The translations under genes and the position numbers were made by a program. DNA of 64,000 nt from an uncultured Verrucomicrobia subdivision 3 bacterium (GTDB lineage: Bacteria > Verrucomicrobiota > Verrucomicrobiia > Limisphaerales > UBA11358). Under the pieces are notes generated by a model, which had not been told where the DNA came from, searched no databases, and saw only the letters and a list, made by a program, of their open reading frames with translations. The DNA lies in NCBI GenBank assembly GCA_903865745.1, contig CAIPKV010000012.1, positions 10,953 through 74,952 on the forward strand, in the 5' to 3' direction. Shown piece by piece: positions 1 through 10,610 of the stretch. The first letter of the stretch is position 1, and each line of letters opens with the position of its first letter.

Positions 1-230
1 GAATCTAAAGATTGCTGTGGCAAGGTGGATTGACGCCTGAAGACGTTTCAGGACGACACCGTTGCCATAACACAGTAAATGAACAGGTGGGAATGTGTCA
101 ATTTCTAATGCTACTTATATCTCGTTGTTTTTCAGAAGCTTAACCCGAACTTGAAAACCGGCGCAGAGGTGTGAAAGTAAGCGATTAGGAATGGTTATCC
201 CTGTTTTAGCTAGTATCAGTCCGCGAATCC

Positions 231-1481
231 TTACGTTGGCAAGGTGTTTGTCCGACAGATATTGGAATAAACCTCCGCCAACGGCTTGGGCGTACGCGGT
301 AGTTTTTCATTCGCAAAATCTACCGCGAGAAGACCGAACTTTTTTGTATAACCGAACTGCCATTCAAAATTGTCCAAAAGTGACCAGTAGAAAAAACCGC
401 GCACGCCCACACCGCTGGTGATTGCGCTATGCAGAGCGATGAGGTTTTCACGCAAGTCGCGCGCCCGAAAACTTTCATCGCTGGACGCTGCTCCGTGTTC
501 CGTTATGTAGATGGGCAGCTTGAATTTCCGATGGAGATAAGAAAGGATTTTAACTAAACCCTCGGGATAGCGCTCAACCATGTCATCGCAGACAAATCCG
601 AACTCCCTCAATGTCTTAACCGGTGCGCCGCTTGCTGGGATCATCGCGCGGAAATGATGGAAGCGCACGCGTCCGTAATAATTTAGGCCGATGAAGGTCG
701 AAGCCTTACGCCGCCATCCGCCGAGAAACGCATCCAGCACGAACTTATTGAAAGTGTAATGGCAGCCGAATGCGGTTGCGCGGTCCCACGGCGAAAACTT
801 ATGGTAGGCATGGAAAAACGTCCAGTTTTTCGCGATGCCGACCTCGGGCTTGCGCCCGGCAAAAATTCCGTCACGCCGGATGATGCGGCTGACTTGCACA
901 TGCGCGCGCGCCATATGCGAAATAACTTTACGAAATTCGCCCAGCTGCCATTTATGCTGCGGTGGGAAACCGCCAAGTAAATATGCCACGCATGCGTAAG
1001 TGTCCGGTTCGTTGAAGGTATTCCAGAGAAACACTTTTTCTTTTAGTGCTGCGACAAGTTTTTTGACGTAATCCACGAAAGCCGGAATCGTTTGCGCGTT
1101 CGTCCAGCCTCCGGCGGCATTAATCCACGGCGGATTAGAAAAATGGTGTAGAACCACCATGGGCGTGATGTTTTTTGCGATAAGCCGATCAAGCAAATCA
1201 ATGTAGTGCGCCAAAGCCTCCTGATTCAGTGGCGCGAACGGTTCGGATTGCAGCCGCGCCCATTCAATGCCGAAGCGGTACGCGTTCGTCCCGAGCTTTG
1301 CCATCCAGTCCACATCTTCGGGATAACGGTGATAATGGTCGCACGCGATGCGGCAATTCCCACCGTCCATGGCGGTGAACTGCGTCCACTCATTTTCTAT
1401 GTGGCCTTCCACCTGCGTCGGTGACGTGGCGGTGCCCCACATAAAGCCAGGCGGAAAAGTTAGCACTTTATCTTGCGTCAT
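231..1481 (-). CDS. Glycoside hydrolase family 1 (beta-glucosidase-like)
   Basis: FMWGTATSPTQVEG N-terminal motif, TFNEP acid/base and YITEHG nucleophile motifs, YWSLLDNFEW. Confidence 0.93.
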   Translation of the reverse strand: MTQDKVLTFPPGFMWGTATSPTQVEGHIENEWTQFTAMDGGNCRIACDHYHRYPEDVDWMAKLGTNAYRFGIEWARLQSEPFAPLNQEALAHYIDLLDRLIAKNITPMVVLHHFSNPPWINAAGGWTNAQTIPAFVDYVKKLVAALKEKVFLWNTFNEPDTYACVAYLLGGFPPQHKWQLGEFRKVISHMARAHVQVSRIIRRDGIFAGRKPEVGIAKNWTFFHAYHKFSPWDRATAFGCHYTFNKFVLDAFLGGWRRKASTFIGLNYYGRVRFHHFRAMIPASGAPVKTLREFGFVCDDMVERYPEGLVKILSYLHRKFKLPIYITEHGAASSDESFRARDLRENLIALHSAITSGVGVRGFFYWSLLDNFEWQFGYTKKFGLLAVDFANEKLPRTPKPLAEVYSNICRTNTLPT

Positions 1482-2563
1482 CGGGATTTGTTTACAGCGA
1501 GTTCGATAGCGGCAAAAAGTTTTTCTGGCGCGCTGGCCACCCAGTCGCGGAATTTTTCTGTCGGCAGGCTGGCTGGTAATTCGGCGAGGCGGTCAAGGTT
1601 AAAGCTTTTTTCCGCGAGGCCGATGCCGAACTGCTGGGCATCAAGCGCGTTGACCTGCTGTTCAACATGGTTTTCCACCGGCACCAGAAAAAGCGGCTTG
1701 CCGAGCCACGCGGCCTCGCTGACGGATTCGAAACCGGCGGTGCAGACAACGTGGCGGCAAGCGGCCATCATCGATAAAAACTTTTCACCGGCGAGTCGAT
1801 GAAACGTAAGCGACGGCGAATGTTCAAGTTCCGCCGGCGCGTCAGGCTTGTCATAGAAACAATGAATCCGCGTCTGCGGATTTTTATCGCTCCAGTTTAT
1901 GATTTGATCGGCATAACCGTGGTTGAGCAAATAAACGAGGACAAAGTCACCCGCTGGCTTCGCTTCCAATTGGAAAAGCTGCTTCCGCAAAATCGGCGGG
2001 CCAACTACGATGCGCTTTCTGGGCAAGTCCGGCGCGGCGTACAAAGAAAGCGCCAGCTTGGTGGTTCGGGCGCCAAGCAGCCAGGTGTAAACCCGCATGC
2101 TAAACTTCTGCTTCCACAAGTGCGGCGTGCGGACGTAGCCAGGATGTTGGAACATGAACTGGTGGCCAATCGTCACGATTGGCGGTCGCTGGCGACGGGT
2201 GATGGCATAAAACGCGGCCATCGGCTCGAAGAAATTAATGATTACGTCCGGCTGCGTTTCGGCCACGATGGCATCAAGCTGGCGCAGGATGCCGCAGTAT
2301 TTTGGAAGCTGGCCGAAAACGCCGAGCAGTGTGGCCGTGTTACTGACGGAGCGGCTATTCTTATATTTGAACTCCAGCGTCGGCAATGGCCGGACGGAGA
2401 TCTTCATCGCCGATGCGAAGTATTCCGGCATCGGCCTCCGCGCGCTCACGCCGAGTGTGACGGCGACCACCTGATGTCCCGCCGCCTCGGCCATTTCCTT
2501 GACGGCTATCGCCTGAGTCAGGTGACCCCGACCCTCGCCTAGCACGCAGAACATCATTTTCAT
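1478..2563 (-). CDS. GT-B glycosyltransferase (MJ1255/VC2487-like)
   Basis: GEGRGHLTQ N-terminal motif, CTAGFESVSEA, HVEQQVNA; operonic 4-nt overlap with the GH1 gene. Confidence 0.85.
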   Translation of the reverse strand: MKMMFCVLGEGRGHLTQAIAVKEMAEAAGHQVVAVTLGVSARRPMPEYFASAMKISVRPLPTLEFKYKNSRSVSNTATLLGVFGQLPKYCGILRQLDAIVAETQPDVIINFFEPMAAFYAITRRQRPPIVTIGHQFMFQHPGYVRTPHLWKQKFSMRVYTWLLGARTTKLALSLYAAPDLPRKRIVVGPPILRKQLFQLEAKPAGDFVLVYLLNHGYADQIINWSDKNPQTRIHCFYDKPDAPAELEHSPSLTFHRLAGEKFLSMMAACRHVVCTAGFESVSEAAWLGKPLFLVPVENHVEQQVNALDAQQFGIGLAEKSFNLDRLAELPASLPTEKFRDWVASAPEKLFAAIELAVNKSR

Positions 2564-3326
2564 GAAAGTGAATCAGTTTGATTTTGCCGTCGAAATCTTC
2601 GATCAGCGCCGTGCAACTTTCAACCCAGTCGCCGCAGTTCAGATATTCCACGCCGTCAATCATCTTCGTCTCTGCACGGTGAATATGGCCGCAGATGACG
2701 CCATCGGCCGACTGTTTCCGCGCCATCGAAGCGAGCGTGTCCTCGTATTCAGTGATAAACTTCACGGCGGATTTCGCCTTGGACTTCAGATATGCCGCCA
2801 GCGACCAATAACCAAAACCCAGTGCGCGGCGCAGGCGGTTGAAATACAAATTAATATCCAGAATCCAGTTATAAAGGTGCGAGCCGAGCTTCTCGAGCAG
2901 ATGATTGAAGTGCGTCAAGCCATCCGCCTGATGCCCATGAATCACTAAATATTTCTTACCGTCGGCGGCGGTGTGGATGACTTGGTGGGCCATCACCACG
3001 CTGCCAAAACGCATGCCTTCAAACTGATCGATGAACTCGTCATGGTTACCCGTGATGTAGATAACCTTCGTCTGCTTGCGGCTCTTGCGAAGAATCTTTT
3101 GAATCAGCACGTTGTAATCATCGCGCCAATACCAGCGGAACTTAAGTTCCCAGCCGTCGATGAAGTCGCCGACGATGTAGAGATATTTGCATTCCACCAT
3201 CCGCAGGAATTCGAGCAGTTCCGGGACCTGCGAGTGCTTCGTGCCGAGATGGACGTCGGAAATCCAAACCGAGCGGCAGACCAGCGGCTCGTCCACGTTT
3301 AAATCCAGATAGGTTTGGGCATCCAT
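2361..3326 (-). CDS. LpxH-like metallophosphoesterase (UDP-2,3-diacylglucosamine hydrolase family)
   Basis: ISDVHLG, GDFID, GNHD, HGH and CGHIH motifs; C-terminal tail overlaps the next gene by ~200 bp. Confidence 0.85.
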   Translation of the reverse strand: MDAQTYLDLNVDEPLVCRSVWISDVHLGTKHSQVPELLEFLRMVECKYLYIVGDFIDGWELKFRWYWRDDYNVLIQKILRKSRKQTKVIYITGNHDEFIDQFEGMRFGSVVMAHQVIHTAADGKKYLVIHGHQADGLTHFNHLLEKLGSHLYNWILDINLYFNRLRRALGFGYWSLAAYLKSKAKSAVKFITEYEDTLASMARKQSADGVICGHIHRAETKMIDGVEYLNCGDWVESCTALIEDFDGKIKLIHFHENDVLRARRGSGSPDSGDSRQGNGRGGGTSGGRRHTRRERAEADAGILRIGDEDLRPAIADAGVQI

Positions 3327-3629
3327 CGCGGTAACTCCATTAACTCGACGACTATTGAACTATGCTTTGCTGTGAATAACTTGGCAATAACTTATTGCGG
3401 CTGTGACGGCATTATTACCTGCCTGTAACCGGAGTGTAACAAAGTTGGTGTCTGTCGTCTCAAGTCAACGGCGGCAGGTAATTGAGCTGGTGAATCGGTG
3501 GCTGCGCGCGGTTGGTGCAGAAAGGTCATGATTATTTGCCGTCGCCACCCACAATACCCGGCCTCCAGCTTGAGCATGAGCCTGCGCGGACCGGTCCGCT
3601 ACCGTTTCCGACTAGAAATGGACCATTTG

Positions 3630-3885
3630 GGACCACTCCCCGACCGTTCAGGACCGGTCCTGAGCCATCCATTCCCGCTCCCGGACCGTCCAAGCTCGAT
3701 CCTAGACCGTTCAGGATCGCTCCCGAACCGTTTAAGCTCGCGCCTGAACCGTTTAAGCTCGATCCTAAACCGTTCAAGCTCGCGCCTGAACCGTTCAAGC
3801 TCGCGCCTGAACCGTTCAGGACCGGTCCTGGGTCGTTCATTTCCCGTCCTAGATGGTCCAAGACCGCTCCGGAACCATTCATATT
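3630..3885. repeat. Degenerate 21-bp tandem repeat (about 12 units; consensus ACCGTTCAAGCTCGCGCCTGA)
   Basis: Consecutive units visible at 3727-3820; heptad repeats appear in several ORF-track frames. Confidence 0.85.
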
Positions 3886-4137
3886 CAGGGGGCAACTACC
3901 GATTTCTCCGCTTTTTTCGTCAAAAACTGCGTTTATTCGTCAAAAACTCACTATTCCATGACCTGCCACCAACGCTACATCTCGTTGGAGAGGGAGTTGC
4001 CGCTGGCGACGGGATTGGCCGGACGCTAAACTGGGTCAACGAGGGTGGGTGTAGGTTAGGAAGTGGGTGGGTAGCTAAGCGGTATTGAATCCTGAACTTG
4101 AGCAGATGGCTACGCAGCCGTGAATAACCTCGGTAAA

Positions 4138-4166
4138 AGTGGTGCGCGCGAGAGGACTTGAACCTC
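4138..4166 (-). other. att site: 29-bp duplicate of the tRNA-Leu 3' end
   Basis: AGTGGTGCGCGCGAGAGGACTTGAACCTC is identical at 4138-4166 and 12726-12754. Confidence 0.95.
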
Positions 4167-4295
4167 TGATTCACCACTTCCAGAGTTGCCGGTCGGGGAT
4201 GTTTCATTGCCATTCATTGCCCAAAGAGTAACAGCTATTATCCAATGAATGCAAGATGATTCGTGATTCTACGGGCAACTTTCGGCAGGTTATCT

Positions 4296-4381
4296 TGTGC
4301 AAATTCTGTGCAAGCCTGCGCGCTTGTGCAAAACTTGTGCAAACCGAAAGTCTAGCCGGGATTTGTGCAAATTCTGTGCAA
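4296..4381 (+). promoter_or_regulatory. Putative integrase arm-type sites: three pairs of TGTGCAA with 11-bp period
   Basis: TGTGCAA at 4296/4307, 4325/4336 and 4364/4375; a matching pair lies at 12675/12686 near the other att. Confidence 0.7.
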
Positions 4382-4716
4382 GGATTTCCGCCCCTTTGGG
4401 CAGGGCAACGGAGCTTTTCTCACGGAACGAACCAAACGCCCGCCACAGGACATTTACGGCACAAGGCGGGGCATTGTGGCGAGTGCGGACAGAGTGAAAA
4501 ATAACGTGTCCGCCACCCCCGTTTCGGTGTTCGTGCCGTGTCTCCCATTTTGAAACCCCGTATTGCGCCGATTGTCTAGCCCGCCAAAAAAAATTCCAAC
4601 CAGCCTATTGGCGCAAATACAAGGGCAGTCTGAAAAAAAATTCCAAACCTGTAAAAATTGCATGGAATCCGTGGCGGACTGCTAACGCAAAACTCGCAAT
4701 AAACACTGATTTAGCG

Positions 4717-5757
4717 TCAGGGCTTTTTCTTGCCTGGCTTCAGTTGCTTCAATTTTTTTACCGCCGCCTCAAAATCCTTTTCCACCGGCGACGGTTTCGC
4801 ATCTTCCAGCACGCGGAATTTTGAAAATTCCAATTCGGCTTTTGCCACCGCCGCGTCATGCGAAATTTTCCCGGCGTGATCCAGCAGTTTGCGCCCGGAA
4901 ATTTTCAGGAATTCATCCAGTTTTGTAATCCAGTCGCGCATCGTCATCGGCTTCCGCGCCAGTGCTTGAAGCTCCGCGTATTCGATGTAAAGATTCACAA
5001 TGCGATTTAGCACCTGCAATTCGTCTTCCGTGAGATAGTTCTTGGCAATCGCCGCGTCTTCTTTCCGCACACGCCCACCGGGGCGCGTCGTCAGCATCCC
5101 CATGAACGGTTTCCCGGCATCGGCTCGCTCATGGATGATTTCCGCCGCCGTGTGGCCGTGCGTCGCCCAGTGCATTTTGTTTTGCACCGTGGCGAAAAAC
5201 TTCTGGGACGCCTCCGCATCCGGCGTGTAATCTACGCTGGTCGCATAAATATCCAGCACCTTCTGATAGAACCGCCGTTCCGAGGAGCGGATGTCGCGGA
5301 TACGCGCCAACAGCTCGTCAAAATAATCCGTTTGCCCTTTGCCCGGCGGATTTTTCAACCGTTCGTCATCCATCGTGAAACCCTTCACTATGTATTCGTT
5401 CAACCGCTGCGTCGCCCAAATGCGAAACTGCGTGCCACGCGGCGATTTCACGCGGTAGCCGACGGCAATGATGGCGTCCAGATTGTAGTGTTTTAACGCC
5501 CGGCGAACCGGCCTTGCGCCCTCCATGCGAACTTGTAAGTAATCCTTACAAGTTGCCTCCTCCTGAAGTTCTCCTTCGTTGTAAATCGCTTGTAAATGAA
5601 GCGTTATGTTCTGCGGTGTTGTTTGAAACAAGTCCGCAATTTGAGCCTGTGTCAACCATGCCGTCTGCCCGTCCAAACGCACTCGCAAGCGTGTCTGTAA
5701 ATCCTCTGTCTGATACAGAATCACTTCGCCGCCGGGTTTATTTTCATTCGCGCTCAT
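4717..5757 (-). CDS. rhuM: RhuM-family (virulence RhuM) DNA-binding protein
   Basis: WLTQAQIADLFQTT, YNLDAIIAVGYRV, FRIWATQRL, FFATVQNKMHWA motifs. Confidence 0.9.
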   Translation of the reverse strand: MSANENKPGGEVILYQTEDLQTRLRVRLDGQTAWLTQAQIADLFQTTPQNITLHLQAIYNEGELQEEATCKDYLQVRMEGARPVRRALKHYNLDAIIAVGYRVKSPRGTQFRIWATQRLNEYIVKGFTMDDERLKNPPGKGQTDYFDELLARIRDIRSSERRFYQKVLDIYATSVDYTPDAEASQKFFATVQNKMHWATHGHTAAEIIHERADAGKPFMGMLTTRPGGRVRKEDAAIAKNYLTEDELQVLNRIVNLYIEYAELQALARKPMTMRDWITKLDEFLKISGRKLLDHAGKISHDAAVAKAELEFSKFRVLEDAKPSPVEKDFEAAVKKLKQLKPGKKKP

Positions 5758-5842
5758 GGCATTGAATCATCTCGGTTTCAAATCAAAAAAAACGTCACGG
5801 ACAGATTGCGTCATTCCGGCGGAGTGTCAATCAGGGGAATTA

Positions 5843-6124
5843 TCATGCCGGCGGATGCTGGTGACGCAGCAATGCGGCCTCGACGCTCGGCCAGTGAAAC
5901 AAAATGCGCCGCCCGCCCGGTCGCACGCACGGAATTTTGCCGGACGTGCGCCAGTTGAACAATGTGCGGCGACTGATTGGCAACCGCGCCAGCAATTGCT
6001 TTTGGTTAATGAAGCCAGCCTCGCCTGCCGATGTTTGGCTTTTTTCAGCGCGGATGCCAATTTCAGTCACGCCCGCGCTGGCAGGCGGCGCAATACTCAA
6101 AAAATCTCTCCGTTCTCCATTCAT
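5843..6124 (-). CDS. Excisionase/AlpA-like HTH protein (paralogue 2)
   Basis: QKQLLARLPISRRTLFNWRTSGKIP...LFHWPSVEAALLR is near-identical to 10607-10822; start uncertain. Confidence 0.7.
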   Translation of the reverse strand: MNGERRDFLSIAPPASAGVTEIGIRAEKSQTSAGEAGFINQKQLLARLPISRRTLFNWRTSGKIPCVRPGGRRILFHWPSVEAALLRHQHPPA

Positions 6125-6956
6125 GCAACGGAAACTTTACATGAACCACGGCAGGCGCAGATGTATCACCTACACTTTCCAACTGCGGGCGCTGTGTTCA
6201 CGCCGGCACCGAAAGTGTCCACTTCATCTGTCCAGTGCGTTCACGAACCGCGCAAACTGGCGCAAGCTCCATCCGTCGCTCGCGGACATTCACACGCCTG
6301 AAAACTGCCTGAAATTCACAGGACAAGCCTTACCCCTTCGCCAGCGAAGGTTTTGGTGTCCGCGAAATAGTCGCGGAGAAATCACCATTTGTCCGGCCAA
6401 ATGGCCGCGCCGATGTCCGCAGCCACGGTCAGTCCGTGTCCAGTCCACGGGAACGATCAATCCGCGACCGGGCCATGTCCGCGTTCAATCTATGACCGCA
6501 TCCGCGTCCGCAGTTTTCCCGTCGGCGCGCACACTCCAGATCCGCGCACAGTCCGTGTCCCTGGGCAGTCCGCGTCCTCGGTCTGGCCGTGAACCAGCCG
6601 TGTCCCGAAACTTGGACAGGCCGGGAAATGTCCGCGCTGCGGCCTCGTCCTTTCCCGTGTGATGGTGTCTTCCGAAAATTGCCCGCAGATAAGGGCAAGA
6701 CAAACGCGAGAAATTCGTCTTGATGGGATGTTGGCGGATGCTCCGCTAATGAAATCGGGGCCATGCGCGTGAATCTGGGCGTGATTGTGTGTCGCCGGTC
6801 GTCGCGTCAATGTATTGCTCGCCTCATCCGGCTGCGCTCCACATTGACCCGCCGCCCGGCTCCGGGAGTTTTGCTTTTAGGATTCCGCGCCCGGAGAATT
6901 GAAACGGCAGTAAAATAATTCTAGCCGGTAAAAGCACTTTTCCCTTTGGCAGATGT

Positions 6957-7565
6957 TTATTCTTCAGTCAAAAAATCGCTTAAATGGTTGCGGATAAATT
7001 CGCTCACGTCGTCGGCAGAATCATCGGTAATGTCGCTGACTGAAAGTGACTTTTTGATAATCACATGGACGCCCATGACATTCCCGCCAACACCACCAGC
7101 CCACATAGAACCAAAAATTGTTGTTTGTGTCCCGACGTTCTCTAAACCAATACCCTTTGTTTTTGGAACAGCCTGAACAATTTCCCAGCCCATGAGTCCA
7201 AGCCTACGAAGAATGGAAACATCAAATTCGCTCGCAAACTGCTTGTCGAGAATTTCCGAATCCACCGGCAAAAAAAACGAGTCAAACAGAAAAACAGGTT
7301 TGCCGCTCTCCAGCCGGCTTCGCAACGAGATTTTTATTTGAGCAACTTTGAGTTTTTGGATTTCAGCCAAAGTTGGCGGTGGAGTGGGCGGCGCGGGTGC
7401 TGGCGGTGGAATTGTGACAGTGGTTTCGGTTTGGCAATGTGGACAAGTTAAAGTGCAATTATCCCCTTCATTGAAGCCACTGGCGTCAAATTCAATGTCG
7501 CCTTCGCAATAATGGCAACGGCAGACAACAAGGTTAGGTTCAGGCTGGTCTGTGGCTGGATTCAC
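6957..7565 (-). CDS. Zn-ribbon plus DUF4177-like hypothetical protein
   Basis: CHYC...CPHC, proline-rich linker, LGLMGWEIV motif. Confidence 0.6.
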   Translation of the reverse strand: MNPATDQPEPNLVVCRCHYCEGDIEFDASGFNEGDNCTLTCPHCQTETTVTIPPPAPAPPTPPPTLAEIQKLKVAQIKISLRSRLESGKPVFLFDSFFLPVDSEILDKQFASEFDVSILRRLGLMGWEIVQAVPKTKGIGLENVGTQTTIFGSMWAGGVGGNVMGVHVIIKKSLSVSDITDDSADDVSEFIRNHLSDFLTEE

Positions 7566-8815
7566 GGTAACAGCAATGCTTGATAAAATTTGTTTCCGGC
7601 AATCGGATTTTGGTCAATCCACAGATACGGGCTGGACGTGAGAAGCACCGTTGCCCGTGTCGTCCATGTGCTTAAATCCGGCGACGATTGGATTTGATAT
7701 GTGCGGCCAACAACGCCGCTGATCGTGATGCCCGCAAAAGTGCCAATGCCGAGATTTGCGCCGGAAACCACTTGTGGTTGCGGATTGAATGAGATTTGCC
7801 GGATACGCTGATTGCCGGTGTCGGCAACAAAGATTGAACCTTGCGATAAACACAAACCGCTCGGATTGCTGAACAGTGCGAGATTTCCAGCACCATTGGT
7901 GTAGCCGGTTTGTGTGAAGCTGCCCGCCATCGTCACGACATTTGATAACACATTCATTTTTCTAATTGAACTTCCCGGAACACCGCTTGCAAAAATCACA
8001 TTGCCAGAACCGTCAACGCACATTTGAGAAATGGAATAGAACACGGCATTTGTGCCAGTGCCATCTGTATTATGCGCGTAAGGACTGCCATAGTTTCCGG
8101 CAATCGTTGTGACATTTTGAGTTTGATCAATTTTGCGAATTAAGTGATTTCCAGAATCCCAAACATATATGTTGTCAGCGGAATCAGTAGCCAATGCAGC
8201 GGGAGAGTTGAACGCTGTAAAAATTCCATTCCCGTCTGCATAACCACTGTTTCCAGAACCGGCGAACACGCTCAAAACGGTATTGGTGGCGTATCGGTAA
8301 ATTTTATTTCCTGAAGAAACATAAATGTTTCCCGCAGAATCGGAACAAACACCCATTAAAATACCACTGAAACTGCTAAAATTAGTATATGTGACGACTG
8401 CGCCAGCGGTGATTTTGTAAAGATAGTCAACGATTCCAGGCGTGGTTGCCCATATCGTGTTATTTTTGTCAACCGTCATACTACCAATGCCATACGTCGT
8501 TAGATTAACATTTGTTCCAGTTCCTTGAGCATTGCCGCCACCGCCCGCAAAAGTTGTAACGGTTCCATCTGGTGCAATTTTTCTGATTCTGTAATTGCCG
8601 GAATCCCAAACGAAAAGGTTGCTGTGTGAATCGGCGACAATCGCATTTGGATTATTGAACATCGTCAACTGGCCAACGCCGTCCAGATAACCCGAAAAGC
8701 CAGAACCGGCAAAGGTTTGAACAACTTCGTTGTTCGTGTCGTATGTCTGCGCGTGGGCGTGCCAGCCAAATGAAGCCATGACCGCCGCTAGAACCGCCAT
8801 GATTTTTGTTTTCAT
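7562..8815 (-). CDS. Secreted NHL-repeat (beta-propeller) protein
   Basis: Signal peptide from ATG 8815, repeated FAGSG..GY.DG.G..A.FN.P units, C-terminal YQIQ...KFYQ domain. Confidence 0.88.
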   Translation of the reverse strand: MKTKIMAVLAAVMASFGWHAHAQTYDTNNEVVQTFAGSGFSGYLDGVGQLTMFNNPNAIVADSHSNLFVWDSGNYRIRKIAPDGTVTTFAGGGGNAQGTGTNVNLTTYGIGSMTVDKNNTIWATTPGIVDYLYKITAGAVVTYTNFSSFSGILMGVCSDSAGNIYVSSGNKIYRYATNTVLSVFAGSGNSGYADGNGIFTAFNSPAALATDSADNIYVWDSGNHLIRKIDQTQNVTTIAGNYGSPYAHNTDGTGTNAVFYSISQMCVDGSGNVIFASGVPGSSIRKMNVLSNVVTMAGSFTQTGYTNGAGNLALFSNPSGLCLSQGSIFVADTGNQRIRQISFNPQPQVVSGANLGIGTFAGITISGVVGRTYQIQSSPDLSTWTTRATVLLTSSPYLWIDQNPIAGNKFYQALLLP

Positions 8816-9169
8816 AATTCGCCGCTTGCGTCGCCGGTTCCGCTGCCAATAAAAAGGGCGCACTTACTCACGCCCTGAATCAGGCACTGGTATGCCTTGC
8901 AAGAACGCTTTCGGCACGCCCAGCTTTGGGCGTGCTTCAAACGCTGTCTTGCTTATGAAATTACCAGTTTCGATTCAGACAGCAGCCGAAGCCGCAAATT
9001 TTTTGTTGTGTGTTTTCCGGTCTAGTTTTTTTAGCTGACGATGCGATTAAACCACCAAAGCCGGGCGGATACAATACCCGTTTTGCCAGCGTCCGCGCCC
9101 GCGTGCGCGAGTCATCTAGCGCGATAACATTTGCAGGATTTCAGCGTGGGTTGAAAAGTAGCGGAAATT

Positions 9170-9493
9170 TCATTTCGCATTGTCGCCGTAGATGAATTTC
9201 AAATCGGCGTGCATTTTATTCAGCAATGTTTGAGGTAGTCCCGCGCGCACGCGCGCGAGCCGTGTATCAGTGCCGGTATTTGTGCCGGTGACAAAAGCAA
9301 TGTAGCGGTCGCATTGCCGCCACTGGACGTTGAATTTATCCCTGACGGCACGGTGGATTTCCGTCTTGGTTGCGCCCGCGTCCAGCATCCGCGCCACGTA
9401 GCCGCGCCGCTGGTCAATTTCACTCTGACTGCCCTTGCGGTAATAGTGACGCTGGCCGTGGCGGATGAATCGGCGTTTGGGAATCTTAATCAT
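9170..9493 (-). CDS. Small basic HTH-like hypothetical protein
   Basis: VARMLDAGATKTEIHRAVRDKFNVQWRQCDRY resembles an HTH; in the element's minus-strand operon. Confidence 0.5.
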   Translation of the reverse strand: MIKIPKRRFIRHGQRHYYRKGSQSEIDQRRGYVARMLDAGATKTEIHRAVRDKFNVQWRQCDRYIAFVTGTNTGTDTRLARVRAGLPQTLLNKMHADLKFIYGDNAK

Positions 9494-9584
9494 TTCATCT
9501 TTAGATTTAGAAATTCAGTATTCATGCGACATTATTTTACCACCCGCCACTTGAACTTCTTTCTATTCCTTAAAGAGTGAGCAA

Positions 9585-9989
9585 TCATGCGCCATCCTCA
9601 TTTGCACAACGCTGTGCAGCAATTTCACTACGTTGTGCGATAGATTCACAACGTAACAGGGTGTAAGCGGACGGTATGCGGAAGTTTTGGTTCGTCTTGC
9701 TCCGCGCAATTTCCACCAGTCCGATAAACTCAAGATCGTTCAGTCTGTCAAAAACAGTGCGCCGCGACAGACAACACTTGCCGCCAATTTTATCCATTGA
9801 CACCATAAAATCGTTCGACTGTTCATCGCTGGCGATTTCACAAAGTGCCAGATATACGGCGAGTGCTGATTTCGCATCCTCGCACCGCGTCCGAATTTTT
9901 TCGAGCGCGGCCTTGTTCACCCATGCCCACGCGCCATCTTTCATCGTGCGTTCGGCTGGTTTGCCTTCCGGCGGTGACGTAAATTTCAT
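9585..9989 (-). CDS. Winged-HTH protein (phage replication-initiator N-terminus-like)
   Basis: ALAVYLALCEIA...SMDKIGGKCCLSRRTVFDRLNDLEFIGLV. Confidence 0.6.
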   Translation of the reverse strand: MKFTSPPEGKPAERTMKDGAWAWVNKAALEKIRTRCEDAKSALAVYLALCEIASDEQSNDFMVSMDKIGGKCCLSRRTVFDRLNDLEFIGLVEIARSKTNQNFRIPSAYTLLRCESIAQRSEIAAQRCANEDGA

Positions 9990-9995
9990 GCCGCC

Positions 9996-10610
9996 TCATT
10001 CCTTCGTCAGTGCATCAAACTGCCGCTGTGCGTCGTTGCACCTTTCCCGTAAATAATTTATTTCACGGCGCGTAATTTTTCCGCCTTTCGAGAATCGAAG
10101 GCCGATAACGGCCTTGAATAATGTGTCACAAATTAGATTTCCTGTGTCTTGTGGTTCACCTGATATGAAATCAAAAAAGGTCTTTGCGTCCATTGGCGCG
10201 TCGAGCAAAGGGTCGGCCAAATCAGGTTTGGGAAACAGGGAGAAAATTTCTTCAATCGCCACAATTCCCCTGTTGACACTCGCGTCCAGCCGGGCGGCTT
10301 GTTCAGCGCGCGACTCATTTTTTGGTTCGGATAATAGGAGATATGCCCCTGACAAATCCGAAACATTTGCGGATTTCAGCCGGTCTTTTTCTTCAAAACA
10401 CCGGACGTAATTTTGTGCGGTTCGTTCGGTGATTGTCAGATTGGCTTTAAGCCACGGCAACCATTCGCCGTGTTTCAATCCGGCCTTGATGCCAGATAGC
10501 AGTTCGCCGATTTTAATGGCCTTGTCGAGAGTGCCGCGTGCTGCGTCCAGAATTTCGGAATGTAACTTTTTAATTTCCGACACGGTTTGAAGCGAGTTTG
10601 AATTTTTCAT
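9996..10610 (-). CDS. DUF3102-domain protein
   Basis: AIKIGELLSGIKAGLKHGEWLPWLKANLTITERTAQNY. Confidence 0.8.
   Translation of the reverse strand: MKNSNSLQTVSEIKKLHSEILDAARGTLDKAIKIGELLSGIKAGLKHGEWLPWLKANLTITERTAQNYVRCFEEKDRLKSANVSDLSGAYLLLSEPKNESRAEQAARLDASVNRGIVAIEEIFSLFPKPDLADPLLDAPMDAKTFFDFISGEPQDTGNLICDTLFKAVIGLRFSKGGKITRREINYLRERCNDAQRQFDALTKE

Noticed and set aside
2361-2563. 200-bp overlap of the phosphoesterase tail with the glycosyltransferase as a dual-coding region
   Set aside because: The tail is low-complexity, outside the catalytic domain, and most simply explained by loss of a stop codon
3600-3890. CRISPR array
   Set aside because: Contiguous tandem units without unique spacers; no cas genes in the window
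4586-4646. AAAAAAAATTCCAA direct repeat
   Set aside because: Short, mostly homopolymer, and no supporting context
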